Shown here: positions 1 to 10,006 of the stretch, piece after piece
How the letters are laid out: each line of letters begins with the position of its first letter
How positions within the stretch are numbered: the first letter of the stretch is position 1
NCBI GenBank assembly: GCA_027310185.1
Contig: DAIDBH010000009.1
Coordinates: 1-29,473 of the forward strand
Source of the DNA: Thermoplasmatales archaeon
GTDB lineage: Archaea > Thermoplasmatota > Thermoplasmata > Thermoplasmatales > Thermoplasmataceae
Length of the DNA: 29,473 bases
Direction of reading: 5' to 3'
The notes under the pieces: model-generated
Databases searched by the model: none
Seen by the model: only the letters and a program-made list of their open reading frames with translations
Told to the model about the DNA's origin: nothing
Position numbers and translations under genes: made by a program

Positions 1-1
1 T

Positions 2-307
2 GCGCTTAGCGTAATCAGGGGAAATCTGCCATCCAGTGTTTATCAAGTTGCAGATAAGTACGAGACACAGATGAATATTCAGAACCAGACAGGCTCATGG
101 TCGGCTGAAACGGGTCATCTGGTTACAATGCTGATTGTCACCGGTCCAGACGGCACATTCGTTCACTTCTGGTTCATGTATCCATCATTTTCTAACAGTG
201 TATCTCCACAAACGGTGTTCAGGAATCTTTCCACATATACACAGATCAGTAATGCTGAAAGTGAGTTCCTGAATGCACTTGGTGGATCAAACGTTGCATG
301 CGCATGA
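2..307 (+). CDS. 5'-truncated CDS, DUF929-like protein C-terminus
   Basis: Frame is open from base 2 (ALSVIRGNLPSSVYQVADKYETQM...). HLVTMLIVTGPDGTF resembles the HLPTTLIITGPNGT-type motif I recall for DUF929 proteins of thermoacidophilic archaea. Confidence 0.55.
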   Translation, partial: ALSVIRGNLPSSVYQVADKYETQMNIQNQTGSWSAETGHLVTMLIVTGPDGTFVHFWFMYPSFSNSVSPQTVFRNLSTYTQISNAESEFLNALGGSNVACA

Positions 308-404
308 ACATGCAAACTAATTTATTGAAAAGAAATTTAGATCAAATTTTATTATATCCTGCTGAAATAATTATTTGAGTTACAAAAAAATGAAAATAGG
401 AGAA

Positions 405-1409
405 TCAGGTAACAATCTTCTTTTCCTTAACGCGGGCATTATCAGATATTTCTATGGTCTTTGCCTCAACATAATCGATAACGCATCCTGCCCCTATGAA
501 TATCTCATCCCCCTTTACATACCTGGATTTTGTAGATTCAAGAGATGCCCTACTGCATAATATTTCGTCGATGTTCGCCCCTCCTGAAAAGAATTTCCTC
601 TTCTGCAGGGTTACTTCAACTATTTTGGCTTCAAGCCGTTCAATCTGGGTATCCATTTCATATATCTTCAACTGGAATCTTGTTGCGTTCACTGATTTTG
701 CCCTGACTCTTCCTGAAAAATACAGCTCTTCACCCTTTAAAGTCTCAACTTCCACTGTTCCCGAGGATTTTAATGTTATACATTCAATGCTTTCTGCAGT
801 TGCCTTTCCGGATGTGTCAATGTTCCTTGCGCTTATGGCATGTGCTATATTTGCTGATCCTGAACTCTTGAATTCTTCACATTTAACAGATTCAGCCACT
901 ATTGATCCCGATGAATCCATTTCAATGACTTCCATGGCCCCCTGCACCCTCAGTGAGCCTGATGAATCAATCCTGTTTGCCTTCACGTTTCCTCCTATTC
1001 TCATAGATCCTGAAGAATCTATTGTATCAGAGGAAATAACATCCTTTTCCACCCTGCAGCTTCCTGAGATATCCATGCAGTTTGAATCCATGGTACCCTC
1101 GACTGTTATGGAACCAGATACGGAAAGTTCCTCTGCATAAACTGAAGATATCCTGCTTGACCCTGACAGTTTGATCTTTTTTGACCTTTCCTGTCTGGGG
1201 TCTTCCTTCGTTTCCTCATCCTTCCTCTCTTCCCCTTCAAATTTTAGACTCCCTAATTTTATATTCATATTATCGACTGCCTCCTCCTTCTTTTCTTCCC
1301 CGCTGGAATCAACTTCCCCCCACCTCTTCATGATCTCATTATAGAGGGTCTCACTCATCTTCCCACTTGCCAACATTTCCTCCAGTTTTTTCTTCCTGTC
1401 TTCGTCCAT
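405..1409 (-). CDS. Bactofilin-like/polymer-forming beta-helix protein with N-terminal SHOCT-like helix pair
   Basis: About ten repeats of the type (I/M)D(S/I)SGS-x-(R/T)(V/I) spaced ~16-18 aa apart; charged N-terminal linker. Confidence 0.7.
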   Translation of the reverse strand: MDEDRKKKLEEMLASGKMSETLYNEIMKRWGEVDSSGEEKKEEAVDNMNIKLGSLKFEGEERKDEETKEDPRQERSKKIKLSGSSRISSVYAEELSVSGSITVEGTMDSNCMDISGSCRVEKDVISSDTIDSSGSMRIGGNVKANRIDSSGSLRVQGAMEVIEMDSSGSIVAESVKCEEFKSSGSANIAHAISARNIDTSGKATAESIECITLKSSGTVEVETLKGEELYFSGRVRAKSVNATRFQLKIYEMDTQIERLEAKIVEVTLQKRKFFSGGANIDEILCSRASLESTKSRYVKGDEIFIGAGCVIDYVEAKTIEISDNARVKEKKIVT

Positions 1410-1555
1410 CTGCTATCGAACTCTAATAATTGAGAAATATATTAATATATTTAGAACTTAAAATTTAAATGACTAAATTCTAAACTTGGTTAGTTCAACT
1501 TTTTAATTTACATTTGCAACCTAAAAGTTTATGACATCTTGGAGCATGATATCAC

Positions 1556-1963
1556 ATGATTTCAGAGATTAACATTCTCACCTCATCTTCCAGGGTTTCC
1601 ATTGTTGAATTGCTCAGGACACCAAAGACTCCAGATGACCTGGCTGATGCGCTGAAGATAACAAGACAGGGTGTTGACAAGCAGTTGAAGGAATTAATGA
1701 AATATGGGATTGTTCAGAGGAGGTGGTTCATTGGATATAACAGGCCTAAAATAGAGTATTTCCTGACAGAACTCGGTTCAGGATTCTATGCTGACCTTGA
1801 GAATTTGGGCAGAAAATTCAGGGAATCAGGAAAATTGATGCTGATTGAAAGACTGAAGAGCATGGACATTGACCTTGCAGATGGAAGGATTTCGGTTGAG
1901 AAATATGAGGAGGAAAAGGTTCTACTGGAAGAATCCATGGAGTGGTTTTCGAGGAGGGATTGA
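1556..1963 (+). CDS. ArsR-like winged helix-turn-helix transcription regulator
   Basis: SRVSIVELL...TPDDLADALKITRQGVDKQLKELMKYGIV...RPKIEYFLTELG. A TTTAT box about 25 nt upstream of the ATG suggests a leaderless transcript. Confidence 0.85.
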   Translation: MISEINILTSSSRVSIVELLRTPKTPDDLADALKITRQGVDKQLKELMKYGIVQRRWFIGYNRPKIEYFLTELGSGFYADLENLGRKFRESGKLMLIERLKSMDIDLADGRISVEKYEEEKVLLEESMEWFSRRD

Positions 1964-2011
1964 TGATTTTGCTTTCCCGAAATAATTGGGAACACATGCC
2001 TTATCCCATGT

Positions 2012-2581
2012 TCAAAGTTGATCATAACGGAAACATTCAACCAGATGGTCATTTATCAAACCTGCGGCCTGCATAAATGCGTAGCATATTGTTGAACCAA
2101 CAAATTTGAACCCTCTTTTTCTCAGGTCCTTACTCATGCTGTCAGACTCCCTGCTTGTTGAAGGTATCTCGTAATCATGTTTCCAGCTGTTCCTTACTGT
2201 CTTTCCATTTACAAATGACCAGATATATGAATCAAAAGAGCCAAATTCATCTTTAACTTTCAGAAACAAAGTTGCATTGGTCACGGCTGCTGTAATTTTC
2301 AGCCGATTCCTGATAATGCCACTGTTAATCATCAGATCTTCAATCTTCGCCTTATCATAAACTGCAATTTTTTCCGCACAAAAATTATCAAATGTTTTCC
2401 TGTAGTTTTCCCTTTTCTTCAGGACCGTGATCCAGCTGAGACCTGCCTGGAATCCATCAAGGATCAGTGCCTCAAACAGCTTTCTGTCGTCATGAAGTGG
2501 AACGCCCCATTCCATGTCGTGATAATCCAGATATATGGGATCACTGATCCCCTTCCACTGGCATCTTTTCAATTCACCCAT
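2012..2581 (-). CDS. tag: DNA-3-methyladenine glycosylase I
   Basis: RCxW, YHDxEWG, LFEAL.LDGFQAGLSWITVLKKRENYR, IIRNRLKI, FKFVGSTICYAFMQAAG, NDHLVEC motifs. Confidence 0.95.
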   Translation of the reverse strand: MGELKRCQWKGISDPIYLDYHDMEWGVPLHDDRKLFEALILDGFQAGLSWITVLKKRENYRKTFDNFCAEKIAVYDKAKIEDLMINSGIIRNRLKITAAVTNATLFLKVKDEFGSFDSYIWSFVNGKTVRNSWKHDYEIPSTSRESDSMSKDLRKRGFKFVGSTICYAFMQAAGLINDHLVECFRYDQL

Positions 2582-2657
2582 ACCTGTACGATCCTTTTCC
2601 TGATATTTATTCTATCACCAGACTGCAGTAGTTTTAAAAACCTGCCATGCATAGTAA

Positions 2658-3047
2658 CTACTTCAGCCTGTCCAGGACCTTTTGAACGTTCATATCGAAG
2701 GCTTTTCCCTTCTCTGCAAGATTCCCCATGTTATGCATCTTCAGGATTGCCTCCAGCTTCCTGTAAAGAACATGTGTTCCATCCTTCTCATAAACAAGTA
2801 TTTTAGCAGGTAGATCAATGGCAATCTCCGGGTTTTCCTGGATCAGTCCAGTCCCGCCCTTCGGATTTCCGAAGATGATCACCATGGCAGGAAATAATTC
2901 AAGATCAACTTCTTTAGCTGCCCCACTGTGATCGATCATACTGAATATCTTAAGACCGGAATCCTCGAGTCCATGCCTTATGAGTTCAACCGTTTCCCTG
3001 AATTTCAATCCTGGTATAATTCTTGCAAATGCTTCTTCTGATTCCAT
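2658..3047 (-). CDS. DUF302 family protein
   Basis: IFSMIDHSGAA, VIIFGNPKGGTGLIQ, AIDLPAKILVYE motifs. Confidence 0.9.
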   Translation of the reverse strand: MESEEAFARIIPGLKFRETVELIRHGLEDSGLKIFSMIDHSGAAKEVDLELFPAMVIIFGNPKGGTGLIQENPEIAIDLPAKILVYEKDGTHVLYRKLEAILKMHNMGNLAEKGKAFDMNVQKVLDRLK

Positions 3048-3126
3048 GTTACAGAATTCATTGATGGTATATATTCACTCGCGGGGTGATGGCAATTTAT
3101 TTACACAATCACCATATTTAGTGAAC

Positions 3127-5508
3127 ATGAGAATTGAGCATTATGACATAGAACTGGATTATGATGAGAAAACGAAGGAGTATAAAGGAAAAGAGAAGAT
3201 CCTGCTCAGCGGGAATGAGAAGGATTTTGTTATAAACACAATCAATCATGAGATAACTGAAATAAAGCTCAATGGAATGAAAGTAGAACTGGAGAATGGA
3301 AAGAAGGATGAGGAAAAGATCATAAAGGGGGAACTGAGGAACAACAGTGAACTTTTCATTGGTTTCAGGGCTAAGGTTCCAGAAGCTCTTACGGGACTTT
3401 ACCTTGCCAGGACCCCGGATGGCTCTGAAATGATATCAACCCAGTTTGAGGCCATAGGTGCAAGGAGAGCCTTCCCATGCTTTGATGAGCCACTTTTGAA
3501 GGCGACGTTCACTATGAGGCTTATCATCGCTCATGATCTCGAGGCAATCAGTAATATGCCTGTTGAAAGAACAACCGTTAAAGATGGAAGGAAAACAGTT
3601 GAGTTCCAGATTACACCAAGAATGCCTACCTATCTGTTATACATAGGAATCGGAGTGTTCAAGACAATGCACAGGAAGCATGGAAATGTTGATCTCTATC
3701 TTACTGGATTGAAGGGGCACATGGAAACTACCAAGTTCCCACTTGATGTTGCAGAAAAATGTATTGATTTCTTCAACGAATATACCGGTATACCATACAT
3801 GCTGCCGAAAATGCACCTCATATCTGTTCCAGAATTTGCAGCAGGTGCAATGGAAAACTGGGGTGCAATAACATTCAGGGAATCTGCACTGCTGTATAAT
3901 GAGAGCTCAGGCAATGCATCAAGAAAGAGGATAGCATCAGTCATAGCCCATGAAATTGCACATCAGTGGTTCGGTGACCTTGTAACGATGAAATACTGGA
4001 ACGATCTTTGGCTTAACGAAAGTTTTGCAACATTCATGGCAAACAAGGCGATTGAATCCATATACCCGGAATGGAACATAACAGGTGACATGCTTGTTTC
4101 AGATGGGAGAGGCGCATTCCTGGTTGATTCACTGGAGAGCAGCAATCCTGTCTCCCCCAAGGAGAGAGACATGGACAAGATGGGAGAAAGATCCACTGAG
4201 ATAACATACGGGAAGGGTGGAATGATCCTGAGGATGATTGAAAGTTATGTGGGTGATGATGCATTCAGGAGAGGGTTGCATGCATACCTGGTGAGATATT
4301 CATATTCAAATGCAGAGGCAGCAGATCTCTGGAAGAGCATCTCGGAGAATTCAGAGAGGGACGTAAGCAATATCATGGATGCATGGATAACGAGGGATGG
4401 CTATCCACTTATAAGCGTGAATGATGATTCTACAAGAAGAATTTCACAGGAGAGATTCCTTCTTAATGGAAAAACAGATGACAGGATATGGCCTGTGCCA
4501 CTGACCGTTAAGAGGAAGGGTGGTACTGAGAGCGTCCTGTTTGATACGAAGGAAGGAGATGTGAATGGAGATGGATTCATAAAGCTGAATGCAGATGAAT
4601 CTGGATTCTACAGGGTAAGATACACAGATGAATTCTACAAAAAATTTGATCCTTCATCAAAAGATTTCACTGAGTTCGACCTTATCGGGATTGTAAGTGA
4701 TCTTTATGCGCTTGTTGTCTCCGGGAGAATGGAACTGAAGCATTATACGGATATGGTTGGAAAATTCAATGAAAACAACAGGTATAACCTTTCAATCCAG
4801 ATATCAAATGAGCTTGCAGAACTCCATCATGTGCTATACAGGAATGAAGATGTGAAGAATGCATTCAGGAATTTCCATGAGTCACAAAGAAAGATGCTGG
4901 AACATGACAGGAATGATGACATAAACAGGTCAATACTTCATGGTCTTGTACTCAGGAGACTGGCAGAAGTTGATGATCATACATGCAGCGAGCTTGCAGG
5001 AAAGTTCCATCATATTGAGAAGGAAGATCCGGACATGAGGAATGCCATTGCATTTGCATTTGTAAGGAAGAACAATGATCCTGAGGCAACCATAGGGAAG
5101 TATGAATCATTGAAGAATGACAATGACCGTGTTGCCATACTGGGTGCCATGGGAAACCTCATAGGAAAAGAGGCTATGGAAGAAATATTCTCACTTGCGA
5201 AGGACGGAAAGATCAAGAAGCAGGATGAATCGAGATATTATACATCCCTTGGCCTGTCCCTGGAGAATAAGGATATTGCCTTTGAGAACATTGAGAGGAT
5301 TGTTACAAGACTGAATGAGATATCAACAGGAGGCAGAAATGTATCAAACCTCATGTCTGCAATATTACCCTTTGTGGGTGAAACCAGGATTGATGAGACA
5401 CGGAATCTCATGGATAAAATCAGGAATGACAAGAACAGGCTTGGAATAAGCAAGGGTCTTGAAAAACTTGAAATCTTCGAGAAACTGAGGGAGAAGTATA
5501 ATAAATAG
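3127..5508 (+). CDS. M1 family zinc aminopeptidase (tricorn-interacting factor F2/F3-like)
   Basis: TQFE, ARRAFPCFDEP, GAMENWG, HEIAHQWFG...WLNESFA. Start reassigned to ATG 3127 (MRIEHYDI) because the ORF-track start overlaps the DUF302 gene. Confidence 0.93.
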   Translation: MRIEHYDIELDYDEKTKEYKGKEKILLSGNEKDFVINTINHEITEIKLNGMKVELENGKKDEEKIIKGELRNNSELFIGFRAKVPEALTGLYLARTPDGSEMISTQFEAIGARRAFPCFDEPLLKATFTMRLIIAHDLEAISNMPVERTTVKDGRKTVEFQITPRMPTYLLYIGIGVFKTMHRKHGNVDLYLTGLKGHMETTKFPLDVAEKCIDFFNEYTGIPYMLPKMHLISVPEFAAGAMENWGAITFRESALLYNESSGNASRKRIASVIAHEIAHQWFGDLVTMKYWNDLWLNESFATFMANKAIESIYPEWNITGDMLVSDGRGAFLVDSLESSNPVSPKERDMDKMGERSTEITYGKGGMILRMIESYVGDDAFRRGLHAYLVRYSYSNAEAADLWKSISENSERDVSNIMDAWITRDGYPLISVNDDSTRRISQERFLLNGKTDDRIWPVPLTVKRKGGTESVLFDTKEGDVNGDGFIKLNADESGFYRVRYTDEFYKKFDPSSKDFTEFDLIGIVSDLYALVVSGRMELKHYTDMVGKFNENNRYNLSIQISNELAELHHVLYRNEDVKNAFRNFHESQRKMLEHDRNDDINRSILHGLVLRRLAEVDDHTCSELAGKFHHIEKEDPDMRNAIAFAFVRKNNDPEATIGKYESLKNDNDRVAILGAMGNLIGKEAMEEIFSLAKDGKIKKQDESRYYTSLGLSLENKDIAFENIERIVTRLNEISTGGRNVSNLMSAILPFVGETRIDETRNLMDKIRNDKNRLGISKGLEKLEIFEKLREKYNK

Positions 5509-5620
5509 GATTGCCAGTCACCTCATGGCAGAAGATTTTACACATTTTTTTAAAATCAGGATCTAAACTGTTTCCCTTAATGAAGCATAAGAATTTATTG
5601 CAGTTATTAATCGTAGTTCA

Positions 5621-7621
5621 ATGTCAGAAATGCAGTTTTCTGTTAGGAAAGGGGAGCAACTGGGAACACCTTTTGCCGGAAAGAGGGACATAATAGCAGT
5701 GAGGGTTGGAAATGAACTTCACGATTTGAGGGAAATTGCGGAAACTGACACAGATGTTTTACCAGTCACGATTGATGATGAATACGGACTCCACATCCTG
5801 AGGCATTCCGCTGCACATCTTCTTGCCCAGGCCATAATGGAAATGTATCCAGATGCAAAATTGAACGCCGGTCCTGTGGTTGAGAATGGCTTCTATTATG
5901 ATATTAAAATGGACCCTCCAGATCAGGAGGCACTTGATAGCATAGAAAAGAAGATGAAGGAACTTGCTTCAAAAAAGATACCCATTGTTAGAGAGGTTCA
6001 TAATAAGGAAGAATTGAAGAAGATGTTCCATGGTAACAGGTTCAAGCTTGACAAGATAAATGATTATGTTGGGAAGGACTCCACTGTTTACAGGCAGGGT
6101 GATTTTATTGACTTCTGTACCGGCCCACATGTTCCAGATACATCCTATATCAGGCATTTCAAGCTTCTCAATGTGGCTTCATCAAATTATAAGGGAGATA
6201 TAAAGGAGGAGAGGCTGACAAGGATGTATGGAACAGCATTTCCTGATGAGAAGTCACTGAAACAGTACCTGAAGAACAGGGAGGAGGCAGTACAGAGGGA
6301 TCACAGAAAGATAGGTTCTGAAATGGATCTTTTTGTATTCAATTCAGAAAGAGCCCCTGGATTGCCCATGTACACGGCAAAAGGCTCGGTCATCAGGAAC
6401 GAACTGATAAATTTCATGAGGGAGCTTAACACAAGATTTGGATGGGATGAAGTAACAACACCCCATCTCTTCAAGGATAACATGTGGAAGACTTCCGGTC
6501 ACTATTACAAGTATAAGGATGACATGTTCCTCTTCACACTGCCTGATGGGGATTCATATGCGCTTAAGCCCATGAACTGTCCAGGGCATATAACGATCTA
6601 TGAGAACACGAACCACAGCTACAGGGATATGCCTGTTAAGTTCAGTGAATTTGGAACTGTGTACAGGTATGAGAAATCAGGGGAAGTAGGCGGATTAACG
6701 AGGCCGAGGACTTTCACAGTAGACGACGGCCATGAATTCATGAGGCCAGACCAGATTGAGGATGAGATAAAGAGTGTTCTGGACATGATGAAGATCACCT
6801 TCAATACTTTCTTCGATGAGATTGAGGTAAGGTATGATCTGTCAATTGCGGACAAGGAAAAACCTGAGAATTATCTCATCAACTATAAGTGCAGGAAGTG
6901 TGGTTTCCTGAACGAACCGAAAAGAATGTCTGCAGAAACGAACGAGCAGAAATGCGAGCAATGTGGATCCACAGAACTTGAACCAGATTTCTCCCTGTGG
7001 GATAACGCAACAGAGCAGTTGAGGAATGCACTCATATCATCAAAGCTGGAATTTAAGGAGTATCCAGGAGAGGCTGCATTCTACGGCCCTAAGATAGATG
7101 TACACATAAAGGACGCACTTGGTAGGTCATGGCAGCTGACAACGATCCAGATTGACTTCTTCATGCCCATTGCATTCGGCCTCTATTTCATGAACCAGGA
7201 GAGCAAGAAAGAGACACCAGTGATGCTTCACAGGGCCATTTATGGTTCAATCGAACGATTCCTTGTGATCCTCCTGGAAAACTCTTACGGGAAATTGCCC
7301 ACATGGCTTTCCCCCATACAGTCATATATCATACCACTAACAGATCAGCAGAAGGAATACGCAGTTCAGATCACCCATAAACTGAAGGAAGCAGGAATAA
7401 GAACATATTTGGATGATTCTTCAGAAAGCGTCTCAAAGAAGATAAAGCTTGGAAGGAGATTCAGGCCATCATATTTCATAATACTCGGTGAAAGAGAGAG
7501 GGAGAATAATGAGGTATCAGTGAGGAACAGGAAGGACAGGATCCAGAACCTTAAGGTCGATGAGTTCCTTGCAAAGATGCAGCAGGAGATCAGGGATAGA
7601 TCTAAGGAACAGGCACTATAA
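5621..7621 (+). CDS. thrS: Threonine--tRNA ligase (bacterial-type, with editing domain and Zn-ribbon insertion)
   Basis: RHSAAH, FCTGPHV, RDHRKIG, KPMNCPGH, YRYEKSGE, GEAAFYGPKID, HRAIYGSIERF, C-terminal anticodon-binding domain. Confidence 0.97.
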   Translation: MSEMQFSVRKGEQLGTPFAGKRDIIAVRVGNELHDLREIAETDTDVLPVTIDDEYGLHILRHSAAHLLAQAIMEMYPDAKLNAGPVVENGFYYDIKMDPPDQEALDSIEKKMKELASKKIPIVREVHNKEELKKMFHGNRFKLDKINDYVGKDSTVYRQGDFIDFCTGPHVPDTSYIRHFKLLNVASSNYKGDIKEERLTRMYGTAFPDEKSLKQYLKNREEAVQRDHRKIGSEMDLFVFNSERAPGLPMYTAKGSVIRNELINFMRELNTRFGWDEVTTPHLFKDNMWKTSGHYYKYKDDMFLFTLPDGDSYALKPMNCPGHITIYENTNHSYRDMPVKFSEFGTVYRYEKSGEVGGLTRPRTFTVDDGHEFMRPDQIEDEIKSVLDMMKITFNTFFDEIEVRYDLSIADKEKPENYLINYKCRKCGFLNEPKRMSAETNEQKCEQCGSTELEPDFSLWDNATEQLRNALISSKLEFKEYPGEAAFYGPKIDVHIKDALGRSWQLTTIQIDFFMPIAFGLYFMNQESKKETPVMLHRAIYGSIERFLVILLENSYGKLPTWLSPIQSYIIPLTDQQKEYAVQITHKLKEAGIRTYLDDSSESVSKKIKLGRRFRPSYFIILGERERENNEVSVRNRKDRIQNLKVDEFLAKMQQEIRDRSKEQAL

Positions 7622-7647
7622 TTCAAATTAGTTCTAACCCTAATAGG

Positions 7648-7668
7648 AATGCCTTCTTAAGGCATTTT
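7648..7668. terminator. Hairpin between convergent thrS and DUF167 genes
   Basis: AATGCCTT-ctt-AAGGCATT, an 8-bp stem running into a short T tract. Confidence 0.4.
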
Positions 7669-7674
7669 ACAGGA

Positions 7675-7890
7675 TCAAATGCAGTTGACCTCAATCAATT
7701 TATTTCTTCTAGTTGCCCCCCTCAGCAGGCGGATGCAGTTTATTTCAACATGATAATAATCGGAAATCTGCCTCATTATATCATAATTTGCCATGTTGTT
7801 TTTCATGGGTTTATCAGTAAATATATCCAGATTTTCCCCATTAACCTGAATTTTTCCGGAGCCGGGATGAACTTTGACCTTCAGGATCAT
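7675..7890 (-). CDS. DUF167 (YggU/UPF0235) family protein
   Basis: LKVKVHPGS...P.KNNMAN...IRLLRGATRRNKLIEV. Confidence 0.85.
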   Translation of the reverse strand: MILKVKVHPGSGKIQVNGENLDIFTDKPMKNNMANYDIMRQISDYYHVEINCIRLLRGATRRNKLIEVNCI

Positions 7891-8226
7891 GTCGGTTGAT
7901 TATAAAGCTGGAATAAATCTTTTACTTTTTATAACAAACCTTGTTATATCCTAGGAATAACTGGAAATTGAAACTCGCATTATAAATTATTCCTGAAGGC
8001 CAGGAACTTGATATTGCCATGTAAAAGTGAATTAGGAGGATAATATACCTGATTTTCCATGAAAACAATGAAAGATGATCCTTTAGTCATAGAACGATAT
8101 CACACATGCTATAATCAGATTACAAGCCTACTCACAAAGAGGTACCTTTGAGCCAGCATTCAATTCTAGATGACATAGAATTAAAGAATTCGAAAAATTA
8201 TTTAATATCTATTGGTTAAGAGCATT

Positions 8227-9459
8227 ATGCCATCTTTAAAAACCTTTATACTGATCCTACTCTTTAGTGTGATTTACCTTAGTGGAGTTTTCATGGCTTT
8301 TTTATTTGGTATTCTGAATCTGCAAATAGCTGTTCCATTCATGATTTTAGATCTTCCACTTGCTGTCGCAATTGCTTTCATGGATCGTGAAATAAAGAAT
8401 GATACCACTGCCATTGAAACTGCACTGGGAAGTATGAAAACCATGTTGGATGCGGTGTATTCAAAAGTAAGCTCTGCAATCCAGGATGTACTTTCATTCC
8501 AAGAACCAAATACAACTACTGAAACAATAGACGAAAACTCACTCCGTTACATACACCAAAAAATGGATGAAGTTTCTACTATACGGTCAAACTATAATAT
8601 CGTCCCAAAACCTTTTCTTACTAAAAAGGAGATGACAGAGCACATACAAAAATTTTATGGTGAAATTGAAAAATTTGAAAACGTGCTCGCGGAAGCAGAA
8701 AAAAAGAAAAGTGATGAATTTTTTAATAGCGTTAAAAAATGTAAGGAAGAAATTGAATTCTCCGCGGTTAAATTGAGAATGTCTGGATTACTAAGCCTTG
8801 AAGGCCCTCACAGGATAGCAGAAGATCGCGATGTGAAGATGTGGGGATGGGACTCTAAAAAACTCTTGGACGAATTGATTAAATTAGATTATGAGACAAT
8901 GGCCGGACTTACAAGAGATATGGAGGGTTCAACTGATCAATGGGCCGAGGTTTTCTCTGAGTCGCCTGACACATGGAGACTGTTGGTAAATGGTAATGAA
9001 AGCATAGTAGGATATTGGCACTTTGTCCCCCTGTTTCCAGAAGACTTTCAAAAAGCCATATCTGGAGAATTAAAGGACTCTGAGATTACTGCAGAACGAA
9101 TAGTGCCACTGGACCAACAGGGAGATTATGATATATATGTCGTCTCCATTGCATTGAGAAGGGGTTACAGGAATCATGAAGATCGAGCTCTACTTTTTGG
9201 TTCTTTATTCGAAGCAATTTATTCCCTTGCAAAGGACGGGATATTTTTAAGAAATATAGTTACAAATGCATTTACCCCGGATGGGTTCAGGACATGTTCT
9301 AGGTTTGGAATGAAAGAAATGGCTCATCACCTGCAGCATGGTAGTATTTTTTACAGGACATTATTTCCTTTTAACGAAGAAGATAAATTTTTTCCAAGAG
9401 ATGGTGAGATCAGAGAATTGTACACAAAGCATTATGAAAATAATTATAAAAGTGTTTAA
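8227..9459 (+). CDS. Membrane-anchored protein: two N-terminal TM helices, helical linker, C-terminal GNAT-like domain
   Basis: Hydrophobic first ~50 aa. IVGYWHFVPL, IYVVSIALRRGYR and TNAFTPDGFRTCSRFGM fit the GNAT beta-strand/motif A/B layout. ATG at 8227 preferred over TTG at 8212. Confidence 0.6.
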   Translation: MPSLKTFILILLFSVIYLSGVFMAFLFGILNLQIAVPFMILDLPLAVAIAFMDREIKNDTTAIETALGSMKTMLDAVYSKVSSAIQDVLSFQEPNTTTETIDENSLRYIHQKMDEVSTIRSNYNIVPKPFLTKKEMTEHIQKFYGEIEKFENVLAEAEKKKSDEFFNSVKKCKEEIEFSAVKLRMSGLLSLEGPHRIAEDRDVKMWGWDSKKLLDELIKLDYETMAGLTRDMEGSTDQWAEVFSESPDTWRLLVNGNESIVGYWHFVPLFPEDFQKAISGELKDSEITAERIVPLDQQGDYDIYVVSIALRRGYRNHEDRALLFGSLFEAIYSLAKDGIFLRNIVTNAFTPDGFRTCSRFGMKEMAHHLQHGSIFYRTLFPFNEEDKFFPRDGEIRELYTKHYENNYKSV

Positions 9460-10006
9460 AATAGTTATTTATCATGCCCTTGGAAGTGATTCCACTACAT
9501 AATTTGTTCGGAAAGTTGTTAAATAGCCTATTTATCAAATTATTAATGACTCCACTGATAGAATAATGTTATGAAAGTCCAACAGAACTCACACAACAAT
9601 AGTACTGTTTATTCTTTACCTACAAGGTAGCCCGAATATCCAAATTTTAAACTGGTAACGGTATCCCATTGAATTACTTATTTAGCCTTATCAAAGCGAC
9701 TACAGTTCCCAGAATAACTAAGACTCCTATCATCTGACATTGATCAGAATTATAAGAATTGGTGAGAATCTGAATTACCTATTATACAGAATAATGGGAG
9801 TTAGAGATTAAACTGAAAATAAAATTCCTTTTAAAGTAATGATATGAATCTTATGAGACAAAAAAGGAAAAACAAAACCCCTGCATTACAATGGAAAGAA
9901 TTATGAAGAACTCTCTGAAGAATGTTTTCTTTCGAGAGACTGTGCTCAGCGATGTGGAAGATTTTGATTGCCTTTTGTGGTAGATTTCTTTGTAATATAC
10001 TTCACA

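Noticed and set aside
496-1140. 214-aa plus-strand ORF and other antisense ORFs (e.g. 19346-19819, 9968-10288)
   Set aside because: Shadow frames opposite well-supported genes, with no motifs.
2980-3126. N-terminal extension of the aminopeptidase in the ORF track
   Set aside because: It overlaps the divergent DUF302 gene and promoter region; family-like sequence starts at ATG 3127.
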